The notes beneath the pieces are model-generated. The model had not been told where the DNA came from. It made no database searches and was given only the letters and a program-made list of their open reading frames with translations. From positions 82,331-146,330 of the forward strand of contig JAFZQJ010000027.1 in assembly GCA_017620395.1 (NCBI GenBank): DNA of 64,000 nt. The letters run 5' to 3'. The position numbers were made by a program, and so were the translations under genes. Shown here piece by piece: positions 15,829 through 25,198 of this stretch (position 1 is its first letter; every line of letters begins with the position of its first letter). The stretch comes from Clostridia bacterium (GTDB taxonomy: Bacteria > Bacillota > Clostridia > Oscillospirales > RGIG8002).

Positions 15829-17051
15829 TGAAACGCGTTGTGATAATCGGCGGGGGAACCGCCGGACTGCTTTGCGGATACTTCGCCGCCAAAAACGGCG
15901 CCTCCGTTCTGATAGTCGATAAAAACGCCCGCCCCGGCAGGAAGATGATGATCTCCGGCAAGGGCAGATGCAACCTTACGAATAACTGCGACGTACGCCG
16001 GTTTATGGAAAGCGTGACGAAAAACGCCAGCTTTCTGTATTCGGCGTTATATTTTTTGCCTCCGCAGCGGCTTATGGAGCTTGTTGAGGCGTCCGGACTG
16101 CCCCTGAAAACGGAGCGCGGCAACCGCGTTTTTCCCGTAAGCGATAAGGCGGTAGACGTCGTCGACGCCGTATACGCGATGGCGAAAAGCGCCGGGTGCG
16201 AGTATCTGAACGCCGAGGTGAAATCGCTCATCGTCAAAAACGGCGCGGCTGTCGGAGTCGATACCTCGTCAGGTAAACTTGAAGCAGACGCCGTCGTGGT
16301 AGCTACCGGCGGCGCGTCTTATACGCGCACGGGATCTACCGGCGACGGATACCGTTTCGCGAAAGAGGCGGGGCATACCGTCGAGCCGATACGCCCTTCG
16401 CTCGTACCGCTCGTTACGGCCGGCGGCACGGCTAAACGCCTCATGGGGCTTTCGCTTAAAAACGTCGCTTTGACGTTGACTGAAGACGGAAAGGATAAGC
16501 CTGTGTTCGGTGACTTCGGCGAAATGCTGTTCACGCACTTCGGACTCTCCGGTCCGATGGTTTTGTCCGCGTCCGCGCATATGGAGCAGGGAAAGCGCTA
16601 TTCCGTCAGCGTCGACCTCAAGCCCGCGCTGACAACCGAGGAACTGTCAAAGCGTATCGCGCGCGATTTCGCGGCGAATCCGAACAAAGACTTCGCGAAC
16701 TCACTCGACGATCTGCTTCCGAAAAAGATGATACCCGTTATCGTCGACCTTTCCGGTATAGATCCGCATAAAAAGGTCAATTCCGTTACGCGTGAGGAGC
16801 GCACGAAATTGGCGGCACTGCTGAAAAAGCTTGATTTCGCCGTAACGGGCACGCGTCCCGTCGAAGAAGCGATAATCACTTCCGGCGGCGTGAACGTCAA
16901 AGAGATCGACCCGAAAACGATGGAGTCGAAGCTCGTAAAGGGCTTATATTTCGCGGGAGAGGTCATCGACGTCGACGCGCTGACCGGCGGATACAATATG
17001 CATATCGCTATGGCTACCGGAGCGCTTGCCGGTGAAAACGCCGCAAAATGA
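15828..17051 (+). CDS. NAD(P)/FAD-dependent oxidoreductase, HI0933/BaiN-like flavoprotein family
   Basis: N-terminal dinucleotide fold VVIIGGGTAGL, then GKGRCNLTN, and a C-terminal FAGEVIDVDALTGGYN typical of the family. Its GTG start overlaps the ptsH stop codon (TAGTG). Confidence 0.85.
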   Translation: MKRVVIIGGGTAGLLCGYFAAKNGASVLIVDKNARPGRKMMISGKGRCNLTNNCDVRRFMESVTKNASFLYSALYFLPPQRLMELVEASGLPLKTERGNRVFPVSDKAVDVVDAVYAMAKSAGCEYLNAEVKSLIVKNGAAVGVDTSSGKLEADAVVVATGGASYTRTGSTGDGYRFAKEAGHTVEPIRPSLVPLVTAGGTAKRLMGLSLKNVALTLTEDGKDKPVFGDFGEMLFTHFGLSGPMVLSASAHMEQGKRYSVSVDLKPALTTEELSKRIARDFAANPNKDFANSLDDLLPKKMIPVIVDLSGIDPHKKVNSVTREERTKLAALLKKLDFAVTGTRPVEEAIITSGGVNVKEIDPKTMESKLVKGLYFAGEVIDVDALTGGYNMHIAMATGALAGENAAK

Positions 17052-17066
17052 ACGCTGCTTTCGGAA

Positions 17067-17090
17067 GGACGGGGAGACCCGTCCTTTTTT
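17067..17090 (+). terminator. Rho-independent terminator
   Basis: GGACGGG-gaga-CCCGTCC followed by TTTTTT. Confidence 0.8.
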
Positions 17091-17177
17091 CTTTCTCTAA
17101 TTCGCGATTAACGTCATTTTTCTCTTGATATTGACGCGGATATATTGTATAATATATAGCGTATAAGGAGAGGTATT

Positions 17178-17882
17178 ATGATTTCGAGATTTTTAGAAGA
17201 TCCGGTAATGATTCTGATAACGCTTCCGGCGGTTATCATCGCGTTGACGTTTCACGAATTAGCGCACGCGTATACCGCTGTAAAGCTCGGCGACCAGACG
17301 CCGGCCATAACCGGACGACTGAGTATAAATCCGCTTGCCCATCTCGATATAATGGGCTTTCTCTGCATGGTTTTGACCGGCTTCGGCTGGGCGAAACCCG
17401 TTCAGGTCAATCCCAACAACTTCAAGAACCGCAAGCGCGGTATGGCGATAACGGCGGCGGCCGGTCCGCTTTCCAATGTGCTGCAGTCATTTATTTGTAT
17501 GTTTATCCTCGCTCTTCTCGCGAAGTTTAATGTTCTTGCGATTTACTACGGAAAGGGCGGCTTTTCGGGCGCCTCGTTCGGGGACGCGTTGCTGATGGTT
17601 TTGGGCACGATAGTTTATCAGATGACGTATTTGAATCTTTATCTCGCGATATTCAATCTGATACCTGTTCCGCCGCTTGACGGCTCCCGTCTTGTCGATA
17701 CCTTCCTTCCGGGCAGGGTTTCGTATTACTACAACAGATACGGCACTTATTTTCAGATCGGGCTTTTTGCCGTGATGATGGTTTTGATATACACCGACGT
17801 TTTCAATCCGATTGCGTGGGTTGCCGGCAAGGTTTGGGATCTGTTCTATAACATCTGGTTCGGCATATTCGGTATAGCGTAA
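17178..17882 (+). CDS. Site-2 protease (peptidase M50) family membrane protein
   Basis: HELAHAY zinc motif within a polytopic 234-aa ORF. Confidence 0.8.
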   Translation: MISRFLEDPVMILITLPAVIIALTFHELAHAYTAVKLGDQTPAITGRLSINPLAHLDIMGFLCMVLTGFGWAKPVQVNPNNFKNRKRGMAITAAAGPLSNVLQSFICMFILALLAKFNVLAIYYGKGGFSGASFGDALLMVLGTIVYQMTYLNLYLAIFNLIPVPPLDGSRLVDTFLPGRVSYYYNRYGTYFQIGLFAVMMVLIYTDVFNPIAWVAGKVWDLFYNIWFGIFGIA

Positions 17883-17893
17883 GGAGGGTATCT

Positions 17894-18634
17894 TTGGAAG
17901 CTTTAACATACAAAATCGAAGCGTACGAAGGCCCGCTTGACGTGCTTCTCGGTTTGATACGCAAGAACGAGATAAATATTTACGACATTCCCATCGCGGA
18001 GCTGCTCAGGCAGTTCATCGAACACATCGACGTTATGCGCCGCGAGAACCTCGAAGTTTCCAGCGAGTTTCTGACTATGGCGGCAACGCTTGTTCAGATA
18101 AAGTCCGCAATGCTGCTGCCTAAGTACGAGGAGGAAGAGGATCCCCGCACAGAGCTGGTCAACCTGCTGCTCGAATACGAGCGCTATAAGCAGGCGGCGG
18201 AAAACTTCCGCGAGCATGAGAGCGGCGTTTACCGTTTCGTGCGCGAGCCGGTCAAGATGGAGATCGATTACACTTACACGCGCACGCACAACGTAAAAGA
18301 GCTTCGCGAGGCCTATTATTCCATTTCGTCGGCGGTCGTCCGCAAGCGCGAACGCAAGGCGTCGCCGGAGTCGATCTCGCGCATAGTCCTGCGCCGAACG
18401 ACGAGTATAGCGTCAAAGATATTCGCCATACTCCGCGGACTTGCGCGGAGAACGCGTGTTACGCTGCTTTCACTTGTCGGACGCGACAACGTGCGCGGAG
18501 ACGCGGTCGCGGCGTTCTTTGCAACGCTGCAGCTCGCGAGAGCCGGCAGGGTACATATAGAGAACGACGGTACGGCTCTTGCGATGACGATGACAAAAGA
18601 CTCCAGAAAAAAACTCAAGCATAAAGTGAAATAA
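17894..18634 (+). CDS. scpA: Segregation and condensation protein A
   Basis: The N-terminus YEGPLDVLLGLIRKNEINIYDIPIAELLRQF is typical of ScpA. The start is TTG, with an AAGGAGGG SD upstream. Confidence 0.9.
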   Translation: MEALTYKIEAYEGPLDVLLGLIRKNEINIYDIPIAELLRQFIEHIDVMRRENLEVSSEFLTMAATLVQIKSAMLLPKYEEEEDPRTELVNLLLEYERYKQAAENFREHESGVYRFVREPVKMEIDYTYTRTHNVKELREAYYSISSAVVRKRERKASPESISRIVLRRTTSIASKIFAILRGLARRTRVTLLSLVGRDNVRGDAVAAFFATLQLARAGRVHIENDGTALAMTMTKDSRKKLKHKVK

Positions 18635-18643
18635 GAGGTAGCT

Positions 18644-19273
18644 ATGAATCTCTCAAAAACCGAAGCGGCCGTGGAAGCCGTCATATTCGCGTCGGGAGAC
18701 CCGATAGGGGCAGACAGAATCTGCGAAGCAGTCGGTATCGACGCGGATACGCTTGAAAAATGTGTAAAGAATATATCCGGGCGTTACGCCGACGCGTGCT
18801 GCGGTATTGAGCTTGTCGCCCTTGACGGCAGTTATCAGATCTGCTCAAAGAGCGATTTCTATGAGGAGATCCGTACCGCGCTCAAACTTCGCAGCAACGC
18901 TGTTCTTTCCGACGTGGCGATGGAAACGCTTGCGATAATCGCGTATAATCAGCCGGTAACGAAGAGCTTTATCGAGGACGTCCGCGGCGTAGACTGTTCC
19001 TATATCGTCGGCAGCCTTTGCGAAAAGCGCCTCGTTGAAGAGCGCGGCAGACTTGATATCCCGGGCAGGCCGCTGCTTTACGGAACGACCGACAACTTCC
19101 TGCGCTGCTTCAATCTCGAATCTCTTGAAGATCTGCCGAAGCTGCCTCGGCTTGAAGGCGACGACCCCGAACAGATGACGATAGAGGAATACACCGAGCA
19201 GGTAGCGCAGCAGGAGGCCGCCGAAGGCGCGGAAGCCGTTGAAAACGCCGATAACGCTGAAAACGCGGACTGA
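18644..19273 (+). CDS. scpB: Segregation and condensation protein B
   Basis: AVEAVIFASGDPI and LAIIAYNQPVTKSFIEDVRGVD are ScpB winged-helix signatures. The gene directly follows scpA. Confidence 0.9.
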   Translation: MNLSKTEAAVEAVIFASGDPIGADRICEAVGIDADTLEKCVKNISGRYADACCGIELVALDGSYQICSKSDFYEEIRTALKLRSNAVLSDVAMETLAIIAYNQPVTKSFIEDVRGVDCSYIVGSLCEKRLVEERGRLDIPGRPLLYGTTDNFLRCFNLESLEDLPKLPRLEGDDPEQMTIEEYTEQVAQQEAAEGAEAVENADNAENAD

Positions 19274-19293
19274 CGTCTGCACGGAGAGGAACT

Positions 19294-19872
19294 ATGTGGT
19301 GGTATCTGCTTTTGATCCTGCCTGCGCTTATTCTGCTTTTTCTGCTGCTCCCGGTTTACCTCACGGTCGATCTTAAAAACACCGAACCGGAGGTCAAGAT
19401 AAAGCTCGCCTTTATCGATATAACCGGCGTTGTGATAAAAGAGGATAAGCCGGAAAAGGAAACCGAAAAAACCGAAAAGAAGCAAAAAAGAGTGAGGAAA
19501 CGCACGCTTTCCGAACGGATAAACGAGTTCAAGGACAAGGTCGCGTTTGCTCGGGACGCCTTTCGTATTATCGCGAAAAGGCTGACCGTGACTCGCTTCC
19601 GGCTGATTTGCCGCGTCGCTACGGGGGACGCCGCGCAGACCGCGGTGCTTTACGGCTCCGCCTGCGCCGCCGCTGCCGCGCTTGACGCTTTTATCAACGA
19701 ATGCTTCAAGGTGAAAAAACAGAACGTGTATATATACCCGGATTTCACGGCGCAGAAGCCGGAGCTTGACGCGTTCGTTAAGATAAGGATGTTCGTATTT
19801 TCCGCTGTCGGAGCGGGTATAAGCATATTGTTCAACGCAATGAGGCGCGGACCCAAACGCGCCCGCGCATAA
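19294..19872 (+). CDS. DUF2953-family membrane protein (sporulation-associated)
   Basis: N-terminal TM segment and a GDAAQTAVLYG motif. It occupies the conserved position between scpB and ytfJ seen in Clostridia. Confidence 0.7.
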   Translation: MWWYLLLILPALILLFLLLPVYLTVDLKNTEPEVKIKLAFIDITGVVIKEDKPEKETEKTEKKQKRVRKRTLSERINEFKDKVAFARDAFRIIAKRLTVTRFRLICRVATGDAAQTAVLYGSACAAAAALDAFINECFKVKKQNVYIYPDFTAQKPELDAFVKIRMFVFSAVGAGISILFNAMRRGPKRARA

Positions 19873-19893
19873 CTATTGAAAGGGTGGCTTGAT

Positions 19894-20337
19894 ATGAGCG
19901 AAAACAAGATCAACGATTTTATGAGCACCGCAATGAGCGGAATCCGCGATATGATCGACGTCAATACGATTGTCGGCAATCCCGTCACGACTCCGGACGG
20001 CACGACTATCATACCGATCTCCAAGGTCTGTTTCGGCTTCGCTTCCGGCGGTTCCGACTTCGGCAAGCAGCCTGAGAAGCAGAAGTTCGGCGGCGGCAGC
20101 GGAGCAGGCGTTTCGATCACGCCGGTCGCGTTCCTTTCGATAAAGGAAGGCGACGTCCGCGTGCTTTCCGTCGACCCGGACGAGAGCGGCATAGATAAGG
20201 CGATCCAGTCCGTCCCGACGGTCATTGAGAAGCTTTCCAATATGTTCAAGCGCAAGAGCAAGAAGGAGAAGGCTAAGGAAAAAGCCGAAAAAGCCGTTGA
20301 AGAGGCAATGGACGCTGCGAAAGAAGAAGCGGAGTAA
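19894..20337 (+). CDS. ytfJ: Sporulation protein YtfJ / GerW family
   Basis: VNTIVGNPVTTPDGTTIIPISKVCFGFASGGSDF is the family core. An AAGGGTGG SD precedes ATG 19894; the ORF-track start at TTG 19876 is less likely. Confidence 0.85.
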   Translation: MSENKINDFMSTAMSGIRDMIDVNTIVGNPVTTPDGTTIIPISKVCFGFASGGSDFGKQPEKQKFGGGSGAGVSITPVAFLSIKEGDVRVLSVDPDESGIDKAIQSVPTVIEKLSNMFKRKSKKEKAKEKAEKAVEEAMDAAKEEAE

Positions 20338-20339
20338 GT

Positions 20340-21068
20340 ATGGCTAAACAGGAGCCGATAAGAATCAACAAGTTTCTCGCCGAATGCGGGGTCGCTTCGC
20401 GGCGCGCCGCCGAGGAGCTTATCCTCGCGGGCAAGGTTAAGATCGACGGCAGAACAGCCGAACTCGGCGACAAGCTTGTTCCCGGAAAGTCGAGGGTAGA
20501 GGTCGCCGGCAAGCGCGTCGCGCTCAAGCCGAGATCTCATATCTACATAATGCTCAACAAGCCTCGCGGATACGTTACCACTATGTCCGACGAGAAGGGC
20601 AGAAAATGCGTCGCCGATCTTGTCAAAGACGTGAAGGGCAGGATATATCCGATAGGCCGCCTTGATATGCTTTCGGAAGGTCTGCTGCTGTTTACTGACG
20701 ACGGCGATTTCGCAAACCGTCTGACGCATCCGCGCTTTCACATAGGCAAAACTTATAAAGTCGTCGTCAACGGCCAGCTTTCAGAAGACGATCAAAAAGC
20801 GTTTGCCGAGGGCATAGAGCTCGACGGCGAAAAGACCGCACCCGCGGAAATAACCGTTTCTCCGCCGAAGGACGGCAGGCAGACGGTGCATTTGACCATA
20901 TTCGAAGGAAAAAACAGAGAGATCCGCCGGATGTGCGAGGCTCTCGGTATTGAAGTCCTGCGTCTGAAGCGCGAGCGTATCGGTAACCTTTCGCTCGGTC
21001 TGCTCCCGTGCGGCAAGTACAGGTATCTGAGTGAAAAGGATATAAAAAAGATATTCGCCGGAGAGTAG
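20340..21068 (+). CDS. rluB: rRNA pseudouridine synthase, RsuA/RluB family
   Basis: N-terminal S4 domain (RINKFLAECGVASRRAAEELI) followed by the catalytic motif GRLDMLSEGLLL. Confidence 0.9.
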   Translation: MAKQEPIRINKFLAECGVASRRAAEELILAGKVKIDGRTAELGDKLVPGKSRVEVAGKRVALKPRSHIYIMLNKPRGYVTTMSDEKGRKCVADLVKDVKGRIYPIGRLDMLSEGLLLFTDDGDFANRLTHPRFHIGKTYKVVVNGQLSEDDQKAFAEGIELDGEKTAPAEITVSPPKDGRQTVHLTIFEGKNREIRRMCEALGIEVLRLKRERIGNLSLGLLPCGKYRYLSEKDIKKIFAGE

Positions 21069-21105
21069 CGGAGAATATCTGTTTATCAAGAATCGGAGGA
21101 CGCTT

Positions 21106-23913
21106 ATGAGAAGTGTGCATAAGATTGTTGCCGTCGCGCTGGCGGCGCTCGTCGTTTTTTCATGTATGGCGTGTACTTCAGTGTTCGGCGCCGTAGCTTA
21201 TGATGAGTATATATCCGCTCAGCTTCCCGGATTTGAGTCGTTGTCCGCGGTGCAGGTGGCTCTTGTCTGGCGCGAGAATCTCCAGCGCGTTCGCACGTCA
21301 AGCGCTGTGCATCCGGACGCCTCGCCCAAGTCTCTCGAGGTGACGCTGGCGTCTCCGGCCGACGGAGAAGAATATGAAAGCTTCAGTTTCGCGTCCGTGA
21401 CGGCTTCCGACAGTACTATCAAAGGTTTTGAAGAAAACGCTCACGAGTTTCCGCGCAACGGCAACGCGTTCGGAGACGTTTCGCTCGATGGCGTTGAAAA
21501 GATCAGCGTATGGCTCGGAGGATATCCTTCAAACGGCAAGGTGGTCATGAAGCTTTTGACCGCTCCGAGCCGCGGACCGCTGACGGATAACGAGAGCTAT
21601 GCCGATTATCCTCTCGGCTTTGTTTACAGAAGCGCCGAGGTAACGCCGGTTGATAACGTTGCGACGTTTGATATTTCAGATTTCGCAGCGGATAACGAAT
21701 GGACGGTCGGCGGCATTTCGGATCACCTTGATGAAATCAACGCTGTCATGCTTACGCTGATTCCCGGCGAGGGCAACGCCGCGTATAACACGAAGTTTTA
21801 TGTTTCCGACCTGCGTGTCTGGAAAAAGGCTTCCGACTATTCATGGACCGCCAACGTCGGAGCCGCCGCAGGCGAGTTCGGTTTCACCGTGCGTTCGGCG
21901 TCCGCGGACGCGAATATTTCCGTAACGGTTGACGGCAAGGCGATTTTGCCTTCGGGCGACGGTTATCTTAACGCGTACGGCGAAACGTGCCGCGACTACA
22001 CCGTCGACACCGCCGCTTACCGCGACGGTATGAAAACGCTGAAAGCGTTCGACGGCGAAGAATGCGTGCTCACTGCCGGAGTTATATTCGACAATGAGGC
22101 GCCGTTTGTCAATCGTATCGGCGAAGAAGCCGACTACGGCGTTACCGTTTCCGAAGGCGGCGGCGAGATAAAGATGTCCGCTTATGCCGATCCGGATACG
22201 CAGTATAATTTCTATAAGGCCGACGTTCTTCCCGTAGTTGCCGTTGAGAATTTCTCTACGTTGAACGATATGAAACAGCGCGATCCGCAGGGAGAGGTTG
22301 AGATCGACCTTTCGGGAAGCGCCGTGTATTCCACGATTTCCCAAACGACCTCGATTCCGTATCAGGCGTTTGAGATCGACGCGTCAGGAAAAACCGATAC
22401 CGTTTACGTCACGTATAAAGGCGGCACGATCAAGAACGAGTCGCTGCAGTTTGAGGTCTACGATCCCGAAGCCGGAGCGTGGCAGTTCCTGACGCGCGGC
22501 GATAAGAGCGGTAACGAAAATGAGTATAACTTCGCGCTTTCGCCCGAAAGCTATGCGGACGCTGAAGGAAAGATTAAGGTGCGCGTTTCCGAATACCTTT
22601 ACGGCAACGGCGCAGATACGTTCGCGTGGACGACGGATACGCAGTATTACGTTTCAACTCAAAGATACCGCCACTTTATGACCGAGCAGTTCAACTGGTT
22701 CGTCAGCGAATACAACGGCGGCAATATCGCTTACGTGTGCAACACCGGCGACGTGGTAAATACGAAGACGTCTATCTCTGAATACGAGCTCGGGAGAAGC
22801 ATTCACAACATTCTTGATGAAGCGAACGTGCCGAACGGCGTCACTCCCGGCAACCACGACGTGGGCAACGCGAACGACGAGGTCCTGTATTACGATAACT
22901 GGAATACCTATTTCGGTTCGCAGTATTACGATTATCAGCCGTGGTGGGGCGGCGGCTATCTTGGCAACACCAGTCATTACGACCTGCTTACGATAGGCGG
23001 ACACGATTTCATCTTCCTCTACCTCGGTCTGAATCATGAAACGACAGACGAGGGAGCCGCATGGGCTAACAAGGTGCTGAAGATGTATCCGCACCGTACT
23101 GCGGTCATTCTCACGCACCAGTTCCTCAGCACGAGCGGCAAGCTTCTGACGGGCAGTTACGGTTTCGCGGACAAGATCATCGAGAAGATAATCGAGCCGA
23201 ACACCAACGTCCGCCTTGTCCTTTGCGGACACGAACCCGCGTCCCATAATTTGTATCAAAAAATGAACAACGGAGTTACGGTTCTTGAACTGCTGCACAA
23301 CTATCAGTTTGATTATAAGCTCGAAAACGGCGTCTGGGCGACGACATGGGGCACAAGCGACGGAGGCGCCGGATACTTCAGATATATGGACGTCGGCGAA
23401 AACACGATCACGAGCCGCTGCTATTCCGCTTCTTATCCTGACGTCAACCATTATTATCCGGAGGAAGCCGGAATCGCGGAGAACTATACGATGAATATCG
23501 AATACGTTCAGTCCGACAGGGAGATAAACACTTCCTATTTCAGCGCGACCTGCGGCGTTGAACCTCTCGGCGAATACACCGTCAGCGACAACGGCGACGT
23601 TTGGACGCTTCCGTTCACGGGCGAAGCGGACGGCAGTTCCGGCTGGTACGTCGTTGCGAATTCTAACGGCAGATACGTTCGTTCCGACGTTTATCCCATT
23701 ATCGAGAAGGCGTTTGAAGAGCCGGTTTTGAAGGGCGACCTTGACCGCGACGGAATAATAACCGTCTCCGACGCGCTCGGCGCGCTTCGGATTGCCGCAA
23801 AACTCGTTGATGAAACACCGGAGGCGATCTCGATCGCGGATATGGACGGTGACGGTGCGATAACCGTCGTGGACGCGTTGAAGATACTCCGTATTTCCGT
23901 AGGGCTCGAATAA
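21106..23913 (+). CDS. Secreted calcineurin-like metallophosphoesterase with C-terminal dockerin
   Basis: Signal peptide. Metallophosphoesterase motifs TDTQYY, NTGDVVN, GNHDVGN, THQFL and CGHEPASHN. Dockerin at the C-terminus. It shares a PYQAFE-containing module with the 11417..14185 protein. Confidence 0.8.
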   Translation: MRSVHKIVAVALAALVVFSCMACTSVFGAVAYDEYISAQLPGFESLSAVQVALVWRENLQRVRTSSAVHPDASPKSLEVTLASPADGEEYESFSFASVTASDSTIKGFEENAHEFPRNGNAFGDVSLDGVEKISVWLGGYPSNGKVVMKLLTAPSRGPLTDNESYADYPLGFVYRSAEVTPVDNVATFDISDFAADNEWTVGGISDHLDEINAVMLTLIPGEGNAAYNTKFYVSDLRVWKKASDYSWTANVGAAAGEFGFTVRSASADANISVTVDGKAILPSGDGYLNAYGETCRDYTVDTAAYRDGMKTLKAFDGEECVLTAGVIFDNEAPFVNRIGEEADYGVTVSEGGGEIKMSAYADPDTQYNFYKADVLPVVAVENFSTLNDMKQRDPQGEVEIDLSGSAVYSTISQTTSIPYQAFEIDASGKTDTVYVTYKGGTIKNESLQFEVYDPEAGAWQFLTRGDKSGNENEYNFALSPESYADAEGKIKVRVSEYLYGNGADTFAWTTDTQYYVSTQRYRHFMTEQFNWFVSEYNGGNIAYVCNTGDVVNTKTSISEYELGRSIHNILDEANVPNGVTPGNHDVGNANDEVLYYDNWNTYFGSQYYDYQPWWGGGYLGNTSHYDLLTIGGHDFIFLYLGLNHETTDEGAAWANKVLKMYPHRTAVILTHQFLSTSGKLLTGSYGFADKIIEKIIEPNTNVRLVLCGHEPASHNLYQKMNNGVTVLELLHNYQFDYKLENGVWATTWGTSDGGAGYFRYMDVGENTITSRCYSASYPDVNHYYPEEAGIAENYTMNIEYVQSDREINTSYFSATCGVEPLGEYTVSDNGDVWTLPFTGEADGSSGWYVVANSNGRYVRSDVYPIIEKAFEEPVLKGDLDRDGIITVSDALGALRIAAKLVDETPEAISIADMDGDGAITVVDALKILRISVGLE
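23734..23910 (+). other. Dockerin module (two F-hand repeats)
   Basis: GDLDRDGIITVSDALGALRIAAKL is followed by ADMDGDGAITVVDALKILRISVGL. Confidence 0.85.
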
Positions 23914-23925
23914 AACGAATAATAA

Positions 23926-23960
23926 AAGCGCCGCCGTCTGAGCAACAGACGGCGGCGCTT
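23926..23960. terminator. Terminator hairpin between convergent genes (strongest for the minus-strand SEDS gene)
   Basis: AAGCGCCGCCGTCTG-agcaa-CAGACGGCGGCGCTT is a 15-bp perfect stem. The T-run lies on the minus-strand side. Confidence 0.8.
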
Positions 23961-23971
23961 CGTTATATACA

Positions 23972-25081
23972 CTAATCGAACATGGTTTTTCCCCGATGAA
24001 CGCTCATTACCAATCCTATGCCGCCGAATACTGCGATCATGGAAGAGCCGCCCGCAGAAAAGAAGGGGAGGGTGATCCCGATTATAGGCAGCAGTCCGAG
24101 GCTCATGCCGATATTCTCCATCATCTGAAACGCGAGCATCGCGAATACGCCTATGCAAATGTAAGCTCCATTCGTATCGCGGGCGTTTGTAGAAACGCGC
24201 AGAATGCGCAGAAGCAGCGCCGTCAACAGTATAAGGACGAGCACCGAACCAATAAACCCGAGTTCCTCGCCTATGGCGGCGAAAATCGAGTCGTTTTCTA
24301 TCGAAGGTATAAGTCCGCGTTGAGTCATGATCCCCGATCCGTAGCCCTGTCCGGTCAGCTTGCCGGATCCGATAGCCGTGACGCTTCTAATCGTCTGCCA
24401 TCCGTAATTCAGCGGATCGAGCTCAGGATTGAAGATGACGAGTATACGTCTTATCTGGTATTCCGAAAACACGAATTTATAAAGAAGGAAGCCTATCGGA
24501 ACTATCGCCACTCCGAGCGCGAGGAAGTATTTCCAGCTGAGTCCCGCGATCAGCAGCATCGCAAGCGCGATAACAAGATAAACGAGCGCGGAGCCCATGT
24601 CGCCCTGCAGGTAGATCAGTATCACGTAAGTCAGGACGTGCGCCGAAAGAAGCAGTACGTTGCTGATGCGGTTGATATTCTCCTCAACTGCGGAAAGATG
24701 CGTCGCGAACGACAGAATAAACAACAGCTTGACGAACTCGGACGGCTGAAAGCTTATGCCGAAAATCTGTATCCAGCTCTTCGAGCCGTTTATCGTTTTC
24801 GCGAATATAAGCGTCAATACAAGAATGATAACTCCGGCTGCGAAGATCAGCTTGGGTATCTGGCTCCACATCGAATAGGATATTACGGAGAGCGCGATCA
24901 TGAGCAAGATACCCGCAAAAAGCGCGACTGTTTGCATAATAACGTCGCGGTGGCTCCCGGTCACAAGTGTTGCGCTGTTGACCATCAGAATGCCCGCCGC
25001 GGCGCAAAGAAGCGAACAGACCAGCAGGAACTTGTCCGTTTCTTTCAAGTATGTGTAAATTGATTTGAATACTTTCGGCAT
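23972..25081 (-). CDS. FtsW/RodA/SpoVE-family SEDS peptidoglycan glycosyltransferase
   Basis: 369-aa polytopic ORF with the family's conserved C-terminal region (ENDSIFAAIGEELGFIG and LPFFSAGGSSM). Confidence 0.9.
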   Translation of the reverse strand: MPKVFKSIYTYLKETDKFLLVCSLLCAAAGILMVNSATLVTGSHRDVIMQTVALFAGILLMIALSVISYSMWSQIPKLIFAAGVIILVLTLIFAKTINGSKSWIQIFGISFQPSEFVKLLFILSFATHLSAVEENINRISNVLLLSAHVLTYVILIYLQGDMGSALVYLVIALAMLLIAGLSWKYFLALGVAIVPIGFLLYKFVFSEYQIRRILVIFNPELDPLNYGWQTIRSVTAIGSGKLTGQGYGSGIMTQRGLIPSIENDSIFAAIGEELGFIGSVLVLILLTALLLRILRVSTNARDTNGAYICIGVFAMLAFQMMENIGMSLGLLPIIGITLPFFSAGGSSMIAVFGGIGLVMSVHRGKTMFD

Positions 25082-25198
25082 ATTCTCACCATATTCATTT
25101 TACCACAAAAAATTGCGAAAGAAAAGGTTTATTTTTCTTTTGATTTGTGTTATTATTGTGTTGTTGGATAAAGTAACGACGAAAGCGAGGAGATTCCG

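Noticed and set aside
23996-25063. 355-aa + strand ORF opposite the SEDS (FtsW/RodA) gene
   Set aside because: It is an antisense shadow frame that is highly basic (R/K/Q/E-rich), with no SD and no motifs. The minus-strand product is an unmistakable polytopic SEDS protein.
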